This document shows positions 1 through 12,000 of a stretch of 64,000 bases of DNA, piece after piece (the stretch's first letter is position 1; every line of letters begins with the position of its first letter). This DNA is from a virus: IMG/VR virus record IMGVR_UViG_3300028394_000037; one strand, written 5' to 3'. A program made the position numbers and the translations under genes. Under the pieces are notes generated by a model that was not told where the DNA came from, did no database searches, and worked only from the letters and a program-made list of their open reading frames with translations.

Positions 1-98
1 TTATTACGAACTAAAAGTTTACCAAGATTGAAAAGTGATGTGGTGGTTTTTTCATTCACCAATCCACCATAACAAGGTAATGATATAAGAATACTCAT
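1..98 (-). CDS. 5' end of a putative GT-A/family 2-like glycosyltransferase (runs off the window)
   Basis: Manual translation from ATG at 98 gives MSILISLPCYGGLVNEKTTTSLFNLGKLLVRN. The hydrophobic strand + PCYGG start resembles phage GT-A enzymes. It begins 3 nt after the stop of the 564-aa gene. Only 32 codons are visible. Confidence 0.5.
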   Translation of the reverse strand, partial: MSILISLPCYGGLVNEKTTTSLFNLGKLLVRN

Positions 99-101
99 AA
101 A

Positions 102-1796
102 TTAAGAAGTTTTTTGTTTTCCTGCGACTTGTATTTCTATTGCGTATGGTGTGTTAGTAATCGCAAAAATTGACTGACCGATACCAATTCTCTTCGGTGC
201 TTCGCAAAGTTCAATTGAAGAGTTCTTTGGAATTACCATATTATAGGCCAACCAAGAGAAGATTGTATCACTATTACCAATACCTACGGAGACTGGATAA
301 TCACCACCAGGATAGACTAATCCATCAGAAATATTTGCAACTCTTATGGACTGAATAATTGATGGATAAGTATTTCCAGTTCCATAATAAGCAACCGGAA
401 TTGTAGAAAGTCCAGCAGTTACAGATGTAATAGTTGAAGAGGCAGCAGAAACAGTTCCAGTACCATTCAGATATGCAGTATCCGTAGAAGATTGATACAC
501 AATCGTTGCTTGTAATGCACCGTCTTGTGGAACAACGACTTCTGTGAATGAAAGTGATGTAGATGCAAGTGCTACCGTTGCTGGTCTTGTCATTGGAATT
601 GTTAATGCACCTGGAGTATAACCAACACCCACAAAAGTATTAGTTTGAATACCAGTATTATTACCAGTTGGTTGAATTAACATTCCAGAAGAAAGGAAGT
701 TTGTAATCGCAGCACCTGCAGTAACTGTAAGAATGTTAGAGTTTGCTGTTTGCGAAATTGCTGCGGTTGATGTTGAACCAATACCAGTACCAGCACCAGT
801 AGATTGTAACACAATACTATCCAGTGCATTGAGAACCATTGGTTGTTTTAAGAGTTCAACAGCAGAACCCACAGGAACTGGAAGTCTGGATGAAACCTTG
901 GATACTGGTGAGAACCAAGCAGTACCACTTACTGCCTGACCTGCAATTGGTTTGCTAAGTGTAATATTATTTCCATCTACGCTGGTGACATAAGTATTGT
1001 ACTGGAATCCGGCAGTTGAACCAATACCTGTAGTTTCTCCAATATTTCCTTGTCCTGTAACAGCCATACCAACAATAATACTACTTGCGGAACCAACTGT
1101 GATTGTGTTGATTCCTGCACCACCACCTATACTAATAGTTGCTGGAACTTTTCTTGCATTCATTACAAAACCAGCAGTGATTTCGGCATCACCATTGGAT
1201 ATGTTTGTAACGTGAATTGAATGAACAAGATATTTGTTTGAACCAGAAGGAAGTGTTGTAATTTGAGTAACTGTTGTACCAACACCAACAATATCTAATG
1301 TTCCTGTTGGTTGAACGTAAATTACATTGTCAATCGTTGTATCAAACTTACCAGAACCACCAGCAGCTGCAGTTGCCCATAAAGTTCCAGTTATAGTTGA
1401 CTGAAGAACCTGACCTGTTGTTCCTGGTTGATTGGTAGAATCATAGATAGCACCAGTAACTCTTGCATTACCTTGAACTTGTAAAGGATATGCTGGAGTT
1501 GTGGTTCCAATACCAAGATTACCAGATACATAGGCACCACCAGTTACTTGAAGTGGTTGTCCTGCAGTTCCTGTTGATGTTCCCGTTCCTACTAATATGG
1601 GCCCATTAACGAATGTAGAAATACCAGAAACATTTAACTGTTGTGATGTTAAGTTGGTTGCACTAGTAACACCTAAAGTACTGATACCAGAAACTCGAAT
1701 ACCAGAAGAACTTAATGTTACGGCAGAACCTACAACAACACTTGTATCAATCGTTGCGGTTCCGTAAATTCTTGTACCAGACTTAAGTTGTGCCAT
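102..1796 (-). CDS. Tail fibre-associated structural protein, 564 aa
   Basis: N-terminal GIGT/NLTSQQLNVSG fibre segments are shared with the 2401-aa fibre. The C-terminal half has two copies of a small beta-domain (SIHVTNIS...PVGSAVELLKQP; SIRVANIS...PKNSSIELCEAP). Confidence 0.7.
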   Translation of the reverse strand: MAQLKSGTRIYGTATIDTSVVVGSAVTLSSSGIRVSGISTLGVTSATNLTSQQLNVSGISTFVNGPILVGTGTSTGTAGQPLQVTGGAYVSGNLGIGTTTPAYPLQVQGNARVTGAIYDSTNQPGTTGQVLQSTITGTLWATAAAGGSGKFDTTIDNVIYVQPTGTLDIVGVGTTVTQITTLPSGSNKYLVHSIHVTNISNGDAEITAGFVMNARKVPATISIGGGAGINTITVGSASSIIVGMAVTGQGNIGETTGIGSTAGFQYNTYVTSVDGNNITLSKPIAGQAVSGTAWFSPVSKVSSRLPVPVGSAVELLKQPMVLNALDSIVLQSTGAGTGIGSTSTAAISQTANSNILTVTAGAAITNFLSSGMLIQPTGNNTGIQTNTFVGVGYTPGALTIPMTRPATVALASTSLSFTEVVVPQDGALQATIVYQSSTDTAYLNGTGTVSAASSTITSVTAGLSTIPVAYYGTGNTYPSIIQSIRVANISDGLVYPGGDYPVSVGIGNSDTIFSWLAYNMVIPKNSSIELCEAPKRIGIGQSIFAITNTPYAIEIQVAGKQKTS

Positions 1797-1799
1797 TTC

Positions 1800-4700
1800 T
1801 TATGCTTGTGCCTCCGTCCAGGAAAGTCTTGTAGCAACATTTGCTTGAGAATTTGACAAATTGGTTGCAACAATTGTAAGAGTATCAGGTCCATCAGGAT
1901 ATATATTCGTTCCTGATGTTGCTGCTCCACCACCAAGAATACAATTTCCCAAGTCACGAACTTGTGAAAGGTCAACACTACTTGTTCCAGATACGAAGAA
2001 ACCAGCAGTAATTTCACCACCACTTACCTGAACTCCTGTTGCTCCACCTACATTTTGATAATCAGCAATTTGTGCCAAACTAGAGTTCTGAACTCCTGTA
2101 ATATTACCAACGGCATTCGTCCAAGTTGCTGAAGTACTTGGAGTTGTATTCAAATATGCTCTTACAAGAATATTGGAGTTTGCTGTAAGTACCGTAAGGT
2201 CAAGAGAACGAAGAACCAACTGCATTCTATTGATAAGTTCTCTTGACCCAAATGTTGCACCAATACCATTATCAACTGATGGTGCAACACGAATTGCAAC
2301 AAGTGCTCTTGATGAACCAGTATTTCCTGATACAGCAAGTGTTGTAATACCAACCTGTCCATAAGTAAAGACCAAAGATTTATCATCATCAAATCTTCCG
2401 TCCATAATTACACTTGTACCCCAGTGAGAGATTGAAGGACCATAAGTTGGATATGCAAGTTCAACTGCTGTTGGGTCAGTTGCAGAGTATGTAAATGCTA
2501 CTCCAACTGGTGAACCCATTGGAACTGCTAACACTGTTGGGTTTGCTGATGTTGCTGCCTGACTTAAATAAACAGTTCCAACACCAAGAGCACTAATGTA
2601 AGTACCATCAGGGAAAGATGTACCTCCAGCACCTACAATTCTTTGTCCTACTTGTAAGTTTGTAGTCGTTCCTGCTGCCACATTAGAACCTGCTGCAACT
2701 GTAAGAGAAAGAGAAGCATTACCGGATTTTCCTCTGATGACTCCAGTAAATGCGGTTGTGCCAATACCAGAATAATTCACATATTCATAAGTTTCAGAAT
2801 TTCTGATGACCAATGTTCCAGCAGTTGGGAAACCTGCAGTACTTGCAATTCCAACAAAAGTATCAGATGCTCCTACACTATTATTGATTTGAGTTGTTGG
2901 TGGTCTGCTCTCACTTTCATATCGTGCTGGTAAGTTTCCAGAACGCATATATGCTTCGGTATTCACATTATTGTTTATGACCTTATGGCAATAGATTACA
3001 TCACCAGTTGGACCTCTAAATCCCCAACGAATAAATCCTGCACCATACCAAGAATAGTCCATATAGAACATCTGCATCTTGGTGAGGTCAATATTATAAC
3101 CAGAAGGTCCAGTACCATCACATTTATCAATATTCCAAGTTGATTGTGGATATTTTGTATCCACAGTTCTTGAAATGATTACAAAATCAGCAGTTGCTCC
3201 TCTATATGAAGGAGAAATCGTCATACTTGTATCACTTGCAATATCAACAACACGATAGGATTGACCACGAAGAACAATAAAATCTCCAATTGTTAATTGC
3301 TTTGCAAATGCCGTTGGAAATGTTGAGTTTGTTTGTGTTACTGTATTAATACCACTAATAACACTTACCTTTCCTGAAAGTTGGAAAGTAGAACTTCTAC
3401 GAACTGCATAAAGTGTTTGTCCATCAAACTCAAAGAAGATACCATTTTGTGAATCAAAAGTTCCAAGACGATTTGCACATCCATACCAACTTGTAACATT
3501 ACAACTATAAGGACCAGAAGCAGTTGTGGAAGTAAGTCCTGCTGTTGCAGTCACTTGAAAAGTATTATATCCTGTTACGGAAGTTACACTATAAGTTCCA
3601 TTATATCCAGTTTCATTTGCACCAGAAATTATGATTTGAGTTCCGGGAGTTGCTGCCTGAATATTATGCTGCTCTTTTGTCTGCACAGTAATCGTACTTC
3701 CAATGCTAATTGCAGAAGCAGTTAAAGAGTCAATTTGAAGATTTGGTTTCAGAATTGTACCAGAACTAACTTGAATACCTTTACCTGATTGATAGCGGAA
3801 ATATCTTCTTGTCTGACGAGTTGCCGTTTCAAAATTTGATTGAGCATTACTTGAAAAAATGACTCCACCATCAAAAGGACGATGTAAGAATTGCCCCTGT
3901 GGTCTTACATAAACTAAACCATTAGATGGAGTTCCTGCTGGTGCAGTATTTGCATAATAAGTAAAGGTTCTTGAACTGGTGATACCAGCAACAAAGAAAG
4001 AGCCATTTGCATTTACCTGATTAGTTCCAACAATTGCAACCTCATTTCCAATTGCAAGTCCGTGTGGGATTGTTGTGGTTACAGTGACTGCAGTTCCAAC
4101 ACTTGCAAAAGTTGGAGTTGTACCAATTGCAGCATTAGTGTAAACTGTTCCACTGTAAATAATAGTTTTATTAGGGTCAAAAATTTGAGTAACAGTTCCA
4201 GTATTTGTTGCTCTTGCAGTATATGTAAAGTTTGTATTACCAGCACCTACACTTTCTATAACAAAGTTTCCATTTGCAATATTCAAATAAGTATCCTGAA
4301 CCGTAATTGCAGTTCCAATTCCAGGGACTGATGATGTTCCACTTGCACCAACCACAACTGTGACAGTTCTGGAACTAGTTGGTAGTGTCATCGTACCAAT
4401 TCCAGATATACCAACAGAAGAAGAAAAGGAAAATGGACGATTGTTAATTGTTGCAAGATTTTCCCACTTGGAAACTTGAGTACCATATTCAAAGTCAGTA
4501 TCAATCAGTGCCTGTGGTGATGATGTACGAAACTTATTTACGGGGTCTTGATAAACTTCAGAAGGAGTAAACTTCTCATCATATTCGTCTATAATGATTT
4601 GAAGTTTATCAGTACTACTCATTGAAGTAGTACTATAATTCAATACGACTGTGGTTGTGTTCGTACCACCAGTGGTTGATACAGTATAAGAAGTTGCCTT

Positions 4701-4862
4701 TAAGTTTTGGTCTGAGAAATTATAAATTACAGTGTTCGTCGTTACATTCGTAATCAGTATTAATCGTTCTCTCGGAATAGCACGAGGAATAACTACACTA
4801 CCCACACCACTTGCACCTGGAGTAAATGTATATCCAGTTTCTAAAATTGCCTTCCTTGCCAT
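1800..4862 (-). CDS. Virion structural protein, 1020 aa
   Basis: Long Thr/Gly/Ser-rich ORF with repeated 'VTTTIPHGL..G..V' beta modules and a perfect late promoter upstream. Confidence 0.65.
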   Translation of the reverse strand: MARKAILETGYTFTPGASGVGSVVIPRAIPRERLILITNVTTNTVIYNFSDQNLKATSYTVSTTGGTNTTTVVLNYSTTSMSSTDKLQIIIDEYDEKFTPSEVYQDPVNKFRTSSPQALIDTDFEYGTQVSKWENLATINNRPFSFSSSVGISGIGTMTLPTSSRTVTVVVGASGTSSVPGIGTAITVQDTYLNIANGNFVIESVGAGNTNFTYTARATNTGTVTQIFDPNKTIIYSGTVYTNAAIGTTPTFASVGTAVTVTTTIPHGLAIGNEVAIVGTNQVNANGSFFVAGITSSRTFTYYANTAPAGTPSNGLVYVRPQGQFLHRPFDGGVIFSSNAQSNFETATRQTRRYFRYQSGKGIQVSSGTILKPNLQIDSLTASAISIGSTITVQTKEQHNIQAATPGTQIIISGANETGYNGTYSVTSVTGYNTFQVTATAGLTSTTASGPYSCNVTSWYGCANRLGTFDSQNGIFFEFDGQTLYAVRRSSTFQLSGKVSVISGINTVTQTNSTFPTAFAKQLTIGDFIVLRGQSYRVVDIASDTSMTISPSYRGATADFVIISRTVDTKYPQSTWNIDKCDGTGPSGYNIDLTKMQMFYMDYSWYGAGFIRWGFRGPTGDVIYCHKVINNNVNTEAYMRSGNLPARYESESRPPTTQINNSVGASDTFVGIASTAGFPTAGTLVIRNSETYEYVNYSGIGTTAFTGVIRGKSGNASLSLTVAAGSNVAAGTTTNLQVGQRIVGAGGTSFPDGTYISALGVGTVYLSQAATSANPTVLAVPMGSPVGVAFTYSATDPTAVELAYPTYGPSISHWGTSVIMDGRFDDDKSLVFTYGQVGITTLAVSGNTGSSRALVAIRVAPSVDNGIGATFGSRELINRMQLVLRSLDLTVLTANSNILVRAYLNTTPSTSATWTNAVGNITGVQNSSLAQIADYQNVGGATGVQVSGGEITAGFFVSGTSSVDLSQVRDLGNCILGGGAATSGTNIYPDGPDTLTIVATNLSNSQANVATRLSWTEAQA

Positions 4863-4883
4863 AATTATTGAATACCTTTGCTA

Positions 4884-4891
4884 TATTTATA
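4884..4891 (-). promoter_or_regulatory. T4-type late promoter TATAAATA
   Basis: Exact T4 gp55 consensus about 20 nt upstream of the ATG at 4862. Confidence 0.8.
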
Positions 4892-4893
4892 CA

Positions 4894-6036
4894 TTAGTAA
4901 ATAGTCGTAATTTCATCAATCTCATTATAAACAATCACATTACCATTAAGTTCTTGTCTCATAAATTTTCCTTGGCCTGGACCAAATAAGACGCCACCAA
5001 ATTCATCATATATTGGGTCATAAGGAGCAAAGACATTTGCGCTGAGTGTTGTTGTTCCGACTCCAACATTTTCTTTAAACTCCAATGCAGTATAAGTTCC
5101 CAATCCACTGACACCTGCTTTTGCATAAGTTTCGGTTAAATCTCCAACATTAGTTGCTGGAAATTGTCTATAAGCACCTAAACCCCAAATAATTCTTACT
5201 GCACCAACACCACCAACACTTCCATATCTACCTAGATCGCCTCCACCACCTCCTCCACCACCAAAGTTTCCACCACCAACTAATATACTTCCAGCACCTG
5301 CAGTAGTTGAACCATTTTGACCACCACTACCTCCAGTACCTGGATTATTACTACTACCACCATTTCCACTTGCGCCTTGGCCAAGTATCCCAACACCACC
5401 ACCACCAGTACTAGCAGATACATGACTTCCACCGCCACCTCCGCCGCCGCCAGATCCATTTGCTCCAGCACCACCAGATCCGCCAGCACCACCATTACCA
5501 CTATATCCACCGGCCCCTCCTCCTCCGCCGGATCCTGAAACACCGGTGCCTCCGGCACCACCATTACCACCAGTTCCAACAATCACTGTTCCACCAGTAC
5601 CACCATTAAAATTACCATTAACAGTAAGACTATTTCCCTTTTGCCCACCACCTGCTTCTACAAGAGAAATTGCTCCCCTCTTCACATAACTATTTCCACC
5701 ATTACTTGCCGTACTTGTAGGAACAATGCCCGGTTGTCCAGATGTGCCAACTCCTACCGTTAATGTTTCTCCAGGTGTAACTAAAATACTATTCACATAT
5801 GCTAGAGCACCACCGCCACCTCCACCTTTAGCAGGAACGCCATTATCTCCACCTCCTCCTCCACCACCACCAACAGTAACCACACTAATAGTATCAACAC
5901 CAGTAGGCACAGTCCAACTAAAAGTTCCTGGAGTTATGAAAGAACTTTGCCCCGCAGAAACTATATAACCAACTTCATTAAACTCACCAGTAACAATCAT
6001 TGACCCAAATTGGTCTAATCTTCCTACAACTGGCAT
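4894..6036 (-). CDS. Glycine-rich (polyglycine-II type) putative adhesin/fibre tip protein, 380 aa
   Basis: Domain runs 'WTVPTGVDTISVVTVGGGGGGG...GAVRIIW'. It directly follows the long fibre gene, as T-even gp38 follows gp37. Confidence 0.65.
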   Translation of the reverse strand: MPVVGRLDQFGSMIVTGEFNEVGYIVSAGQSSFITPGTFSWTVPTGVDTISVVTVGGGGGGGGDNGVPAKGGGGGGALAYVNSILVTPGETLTVGVGTSGQPGIVPTSTASNGGNSYVKRGAISLVEAGGGQKGNSLTVNGNFNGGTGGTVIVGTGGNGGAGGTGVSGSGGGGGAGGYSGNGGAGGSGGAGANGSGGGGGGGGSHVSASTGGGGVGILGQGASGNGGSSNNPGTGGSGGQNGSTTAGAGSILVGGGNFGGGGGGGGDLGRYGSVGGVGAVRIIWGLGAYRQFPATNVGDLTETYAKAGVSGLGTYTALEFKENVGVGTTTLSANVFAPYDPIYDEFGGVLFGPGQGKFMRQELNGNVIVYNEIDEITTIY

Positions 6037-6040
6037 AATA

Positions 6041-9000
6041 TTATCCTGCTACGAAGTCCAAACTATTTGTAGTTGAGTTGTACTGTATATAGAAGTTGGT
6101 TGATCCTGCAGTTCCACCAAATCGCATTTTACCAGTTGATTGAACTCTAGCATCACCAGAAACATCTACTGCAAAGGAAGGTGCCGTAACCGCAACACCA
6201 ACATTAGAAGACACATAAGCACCACCAGTAACTTGAAGTGGTTGTGATGTAGTTCCTGTAGAAGTTCCACCACCAATCAAAGTTGTAGATTGAAGTGTTG
6301 TTATACCTGATACATTTAACTGCTGTGAAGTTAGATTAGTGGTACTTGTAACTCCTAAAGTACTGATACCTGATACATTTAACTGCTGTGAAGTTAGATT
6401 AGTGGTACTTGTAACTCCTAAAGTACTGATACCTGATACATTTAACTGCTGTGAAGTTAGATTAGTGGTACTTGTAACTCCTAAAGTACTGATACCTGAT
6501 ACATTTAAAGTTTGTGATGTTAAGTTGGTTGTACTTGTAACACCAAGAGTTGTTATACCCGATACATTTAACTGTTGTGAAGTTAGATTAGTAGTACTGG
6601 TAACACCAAGAGTTGTTATACCAGAAACATTAAGTTGTTGTGATGTTAGGTTGGTTGTTGAAGTAACACCTAATGTTGAGACGCCAGTAACATTAAGTTG
6701 TCCTAATGTACCAACAGAAGTAAGTGATGAGTTTACAACACCACTTCCTAATGTATTATTGGTAATGACTGAAGTACCATTAATCTTATAATCATTTCCT
6801 GTGGTTACATTAATACCGCCAGAAGTAGTGACACCTGTGAAGCTTGCCGTAGTACCAAATAAAGATGCCGTATGAGTTGTTATACCAGCAAATGTAGAGA
6901 TTCCAGAAACATAAGCACTTGATGCAGTAATGATTCCGAGAGTTGTTATACCTGATACATTTAACTGTTGTGAAGTTAAGTTTCCAGTGAAGTATCCACT
7001 ACCATCAACCCAAAGTTTTGATGTTGGATTTGCAGTCCCCAATCCAATATTAAAATTACTATTACCAGTAATCCAAGAATTAGAACCAGAACCAATGTTT
7101 AATTGATCAGAACCATTGATTAATGGTAATTGAACACTATAACCAATGGCAACATTTCTATCACCATCAATTTGAGTACATGCCGCATTAGAACCTAAGA
7201 AAGTATTATTACATCCATTACTCATATTGTATCCAGTATTATTGCCGAAGAAACTATTATTTTGTCCAGAAAAACTATAATATCCTGCACAATTACCAAA
7301 GAAGTTATTATTAGATCCACTGTCGTTAAGAAGTCCAGAATATTGACCAAAGAAATTATTACAACCTCCAGAGGTGTTAGAAAATCCAGAATATTGACCA
7401 AAGAAATTATTATAATTTCCACAAGTGTTTAAATATCCCGCACTATTACCTAAGAAGTTATTATGATTTCCAATGGTATTTGAACATCCTGCACCACGAC
7501 CAAAGAAGTTATTACAAGATCCAGTGGTGTTACATTTTCCTGCTTCAGAACCAGCAAAGAAGTTATGAGTACCAGAAGTAATAGAACGTCCAGTATTAGT
7601 ATCACCAATTCTTATGTTATTATTAGTGAATATTACTGTTCCACCAATATTAACAGTACTTGATAATGTACTAATACCAGAAATACTTAAGGAAGTACCT
7701 ACTAAATTAGTACCACTAATACTTCCACCAACAAATTCTCCATACTGACTACTAAAGATTCTATTGGCAGTTAAGATTCCAGTGAAGTATCCACTACCAT
7801 CAACCCAAAGTTTAGATGTTGGATTTGTAGTTCCAATACCAACAGAACCGCCAATATAAACACTAGAGTTAATACCAGAAACCTGAAGAACTTGTCCTGC
7901 AGTTCCTGTAGAAGTTCCACCACCAATCAAAGTTGTAGATTGAAGTGTTGTTATACCTGATACATTAAGTTGTTGTGAAGTTAGATTAGTGGTACTTGTA
8001 ACTCCAAGAGTTGTTATACCCGATACATTTAATTGTTGTGAAGTTAGATTAGTGGTACTAGTAACACCTAAAGTACTGATACCCGATACATTTAACTGTT
8101 GTGAAGTTAGATTAGTGGTACTTGTAACTCCAAGAGTTGTTATACCCGATACATTTAATTGTTGTGAAGTTAGATTAGTTGTTGAAGTAACACCTAATGT
8201 AGTAATACCTGATACATTAAGTTGTTGTGATGTTAAGTTGGTTGCTGATGTAATTCCTAAAGTACTGATACCAGAAATATAAGCACTACCTTGAACAGTT
8301 AAGGTTGATGTTGGATTTGTGGTTCCAATACCAACGGAACCATTAAAGTAACCACCACTATTAACTTGAAGTCTTTGTGATGCAGTTCCTGTTGATGTTG
8401 CTGAACCAATTAATACTGGCCCATTGGCGAATGTTGAGATTCCAGTAACGCTGAGTGCAGTACCTACTAAGTTAGTACCAGTGATGCTACCAACAAAATA
8501 TCCATCACCATTGACCCAAAGTTTTGATGTTGGATTTGTGGTTCCAATTCCAAGATTACCAGAAGAGTCAAATCTACCAGATTCTAATGGAGTAATAGAA
8601 TTACCAGTAGAACCAATTGCTGCACGATAAAATACGTGTCCTCCAGATAAGAATTGAACCCAAGAAGCAACATCAGTTGTATCATAAGTCCAGGCATTTA
8701 ATGCACTTGGTTTTGCATTATATCCAACAACACCATAAGAAGTACCAGCAGTACCAAAGATGATACTACCAACACGACCTGCTTTGTTCAATGATGCAGC
8801 ACCAGCATCTATTGCATAAGATGGAGTAAAGTTTCCAATTGCAAGACTTCCAGAATTTAATATAAAATTATTAGAAGTATCAAAGTTTGCGTGTGATAAA
8901 TCTGTTTGGGCAAATGTTATACTTTTTCCACTTGGTCTATTGATAATTAAATTATTAGTTGATGTGGATAAAATATTATAATCAGCAGTTGCTGTGCTCC

Positions 9001-12000
9001 CATTTAATGTTATTGCATTTGCAGTAGCATATTGCTTACCAATTAAAATATTTGCACTATTTCCAGCAACAGTTAAGGTTGCTGTTGGATTTGTGGTTCC
9101 TATGCCAACAGAACCACCAGAAGTTGTCGTAATAATAGTTCCACCAGTTCCAACATTAAGTGTTGCTGTTGTTGTAACTCCAGTAAAACTTGCTTGAGTA
9201 CCAAATAGAGATGTAGTATGAGTTGCTATACCAGCAAAGGTAGAGACTCCAGAAACATTTAAGTTTGTTGCGGTAATGAATCCTACAGTTGTAATACCAG
9301 ATACATTTAACTGTTGTGATGTTAGATTAGTTGTTGAAGTAACACCTAAAGTACTGATACCTGAAATATAAGCACTACCTTGAACAGTTAAGGTTGATGT
9401 TGGATTTGTGGTTCCAATACCAACGGAACCATTAAAGTAACCACCACTATTAACTTGAAGTGCTTGCGATGCAGTACCTGTTGTTGTTGAGGTGTTGATT
9501 AAAAAGTTTCCTGATGCATCAATTACTTGTCTATAAAGACTAGCAGCATTATCCCAAATGTAGAAGGTATTTGGTGAAGATGGATTGGATGAACCTCTTG
9601 CACCTATTTCCCAATCATTTCCATTTGTAAGAAATTTTAATGTAGTTCTTGCAGTTGTACTAGTTGATTCAATTGTAAGAATATCATCAGTACCAACAAT
9701 ATGTGTTTTATATTGTGGATTTGTAGTTCCAATGCCAACAGAACCACCAATATAAACACTAGAGTTAATACCAGAAACCTGAAGAACTTGTCCTGAAGTT
9801 CCTGTTGATGTTCCACCACCAATCAAAGTTGTAGATTGAAGTGTTGTTATACCAGAAACATTTAACTGTTGTGATGTTAGGTTGGTTGTTGATGTAATTC
9901 CTAATGTAGTAATACCTGATACATTAAGTTGTTGTGACGTTAAGTTAGTTGTTGATGTAATTCCTAATGTAGTAATACCAGAAACATTTAACTGTTGTGA
10001 CGTTAAGTTAGTTGTTGATGTAATTCCTAATGTAGTAATACCTGATACATTAAGTTGTTGTGACGTTAAGTTAGTTGTTGATGTAATTCCTAATGTTGAT
10101 ACTCCAGTAACATTAAGTTGCCCTAGTGTTCCAACAGAAGTGAGTGATGAATTAACAACACCACTACCCAAAGTATCATTAGAAAGTACAGAAGTTCCAT
10201 TAACCCGATAAACTTTACCAGAAGCAACATCAAAGTCTTCACTAGACTTAAGTGCTGTAGAACTATTACTCCAAGTTAATGTTTTTCTTATACCAATAGA
10301 ACCAATACCAATACCAGCACCATCAAGAAGTGCATTTGTTCCTACTGTAGTTGCAATACCAACATTAAAGTCAGCCAGTTCAATAGTTGTTGAGTTAACA
10401 ATAAATTGAGTACCATCAACATACAAATCACCTTTAATTCGTACTGCACCAGTATTATCTCCAACCGCAGCAGGGTCTATCGTGAGAGTTGCCGGACCAC
10501 TAATAGTATTTGTATTGATATTAATACCAGTACCAGATGCACCAGTAGAAAGTTGAGACGCAGTTATAATACCAGAAGCAGCATTAATACCTGATGCATT
10601 AATTGTAACTCCAGAACCAACTACAATACTTGTTGCTGTTGCAGCACCTAATGCAGGAGTGACTAGAGTTGGACTTGTAGCAAATACAGCAACACCAGAA
10701 CCAGTTTTGTCTGATAATGCTGTTGCAAGATTAGAAGAACTAAAGGAACCTAATGATGTTGTGGTGTTATTGGATGTAATAACACCAGTTAAGTTTGGTA
10801 TATTAGTTGTTGATGTTGCTGTTCCAGTAAGAGCACCAACAAATGTTGTTGCTGTAACGATACCTGATACATAAGCACTTGATGCAGTAATGAATCCAAC
10901 TGTTGTAATACCTGATACATTTAATTGTTGTGAAGTTAGATTAGTTGTTGAAGTAACACCTAAAGTACTGATACCTGATACATTTAATTGTTGTGAAGTT
11001 AGATTAGTGGTACTTGTAATTCCTAAAGTACTGATACCTGATACATTTAACTGTTGTGAAGTTAAGTTGGTTGCTGATGTAACACCTAAAGTACTGATAC
11101 CAGAAACATTAAGTTGTTGTGATGTTAGATTAGTGGTACTTGTAACTCCAAGAGTTGTTATACCCGATACATTTAATTGTTGTGAAGTTAGATTAGTGGT
11201 ACTTGTAACTCCTAAAGTACTGATACCAGAAACATTAAGTTGTTGAGAAGTTAAATTAGTTGCTGAAGTAACACCTAAGGTACTAATACCAGAAACATTA
11301 AGTTGTTGTGATGTTAGATTGGTTGTTGATGTAACACCTAATGTAGAAACACCAGTAACATTAAGTTGTCCTAATGTTCCAACAGATGTTAGAGAAGAGT
11401 TGACAACATTAGTACCTAAAGTATTATTACTAAGAACCGAAGTACCATTAATCTTATAATCATTTCCTGTGGTTACATTAACTCCACCAGAAGTTGTAAC
11501 TCCAGAAACATAAACATTGGATGCAGTAATAAATCCAACTGTTGTAATTCCTGAAGAAACATAAAGTTGAGTTACTGATGCAATACCACCTATAACTGAT
11601 GTAGAAGTACCAGCATTAGTAGCATATGTTGCTATACCACTTGAAGTTGCATAAGTACTTACTCCAGCATTAGTTGCATAAGTAGCAATACCACTTGAAG
11701 TTGCATAAGTTGCTACGCCAGCATTAGGTGCATATGTAGAAATTCCTGATGATGTTGCATAAGTTGATATACCAGAACTTGTAGAGTATCCAGCAATTGT
11801 TGCATAAGTGGCAATACCTGATGATGTTGCATAAGTTGATATACCACTTGAAGTTGCATAAGTACTTACTCCAGCATTAGTTGCATAAGTCGCTATACCA
11901 CTTGAAGTTGCATAGGTTGATACACCTGCATTACTTGTATAATCTAAGAATGAAATTGTTGCTATACCCAAAGTAGAAGCAACAGAAACTATATTACCAA

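Noticed and set aside
6296-11941. Tandem repeats as a CRISPR array
   Set aside because: Units are contiguous, in-frame multiples of 3 with no unique spacers, and there are no cas genes.
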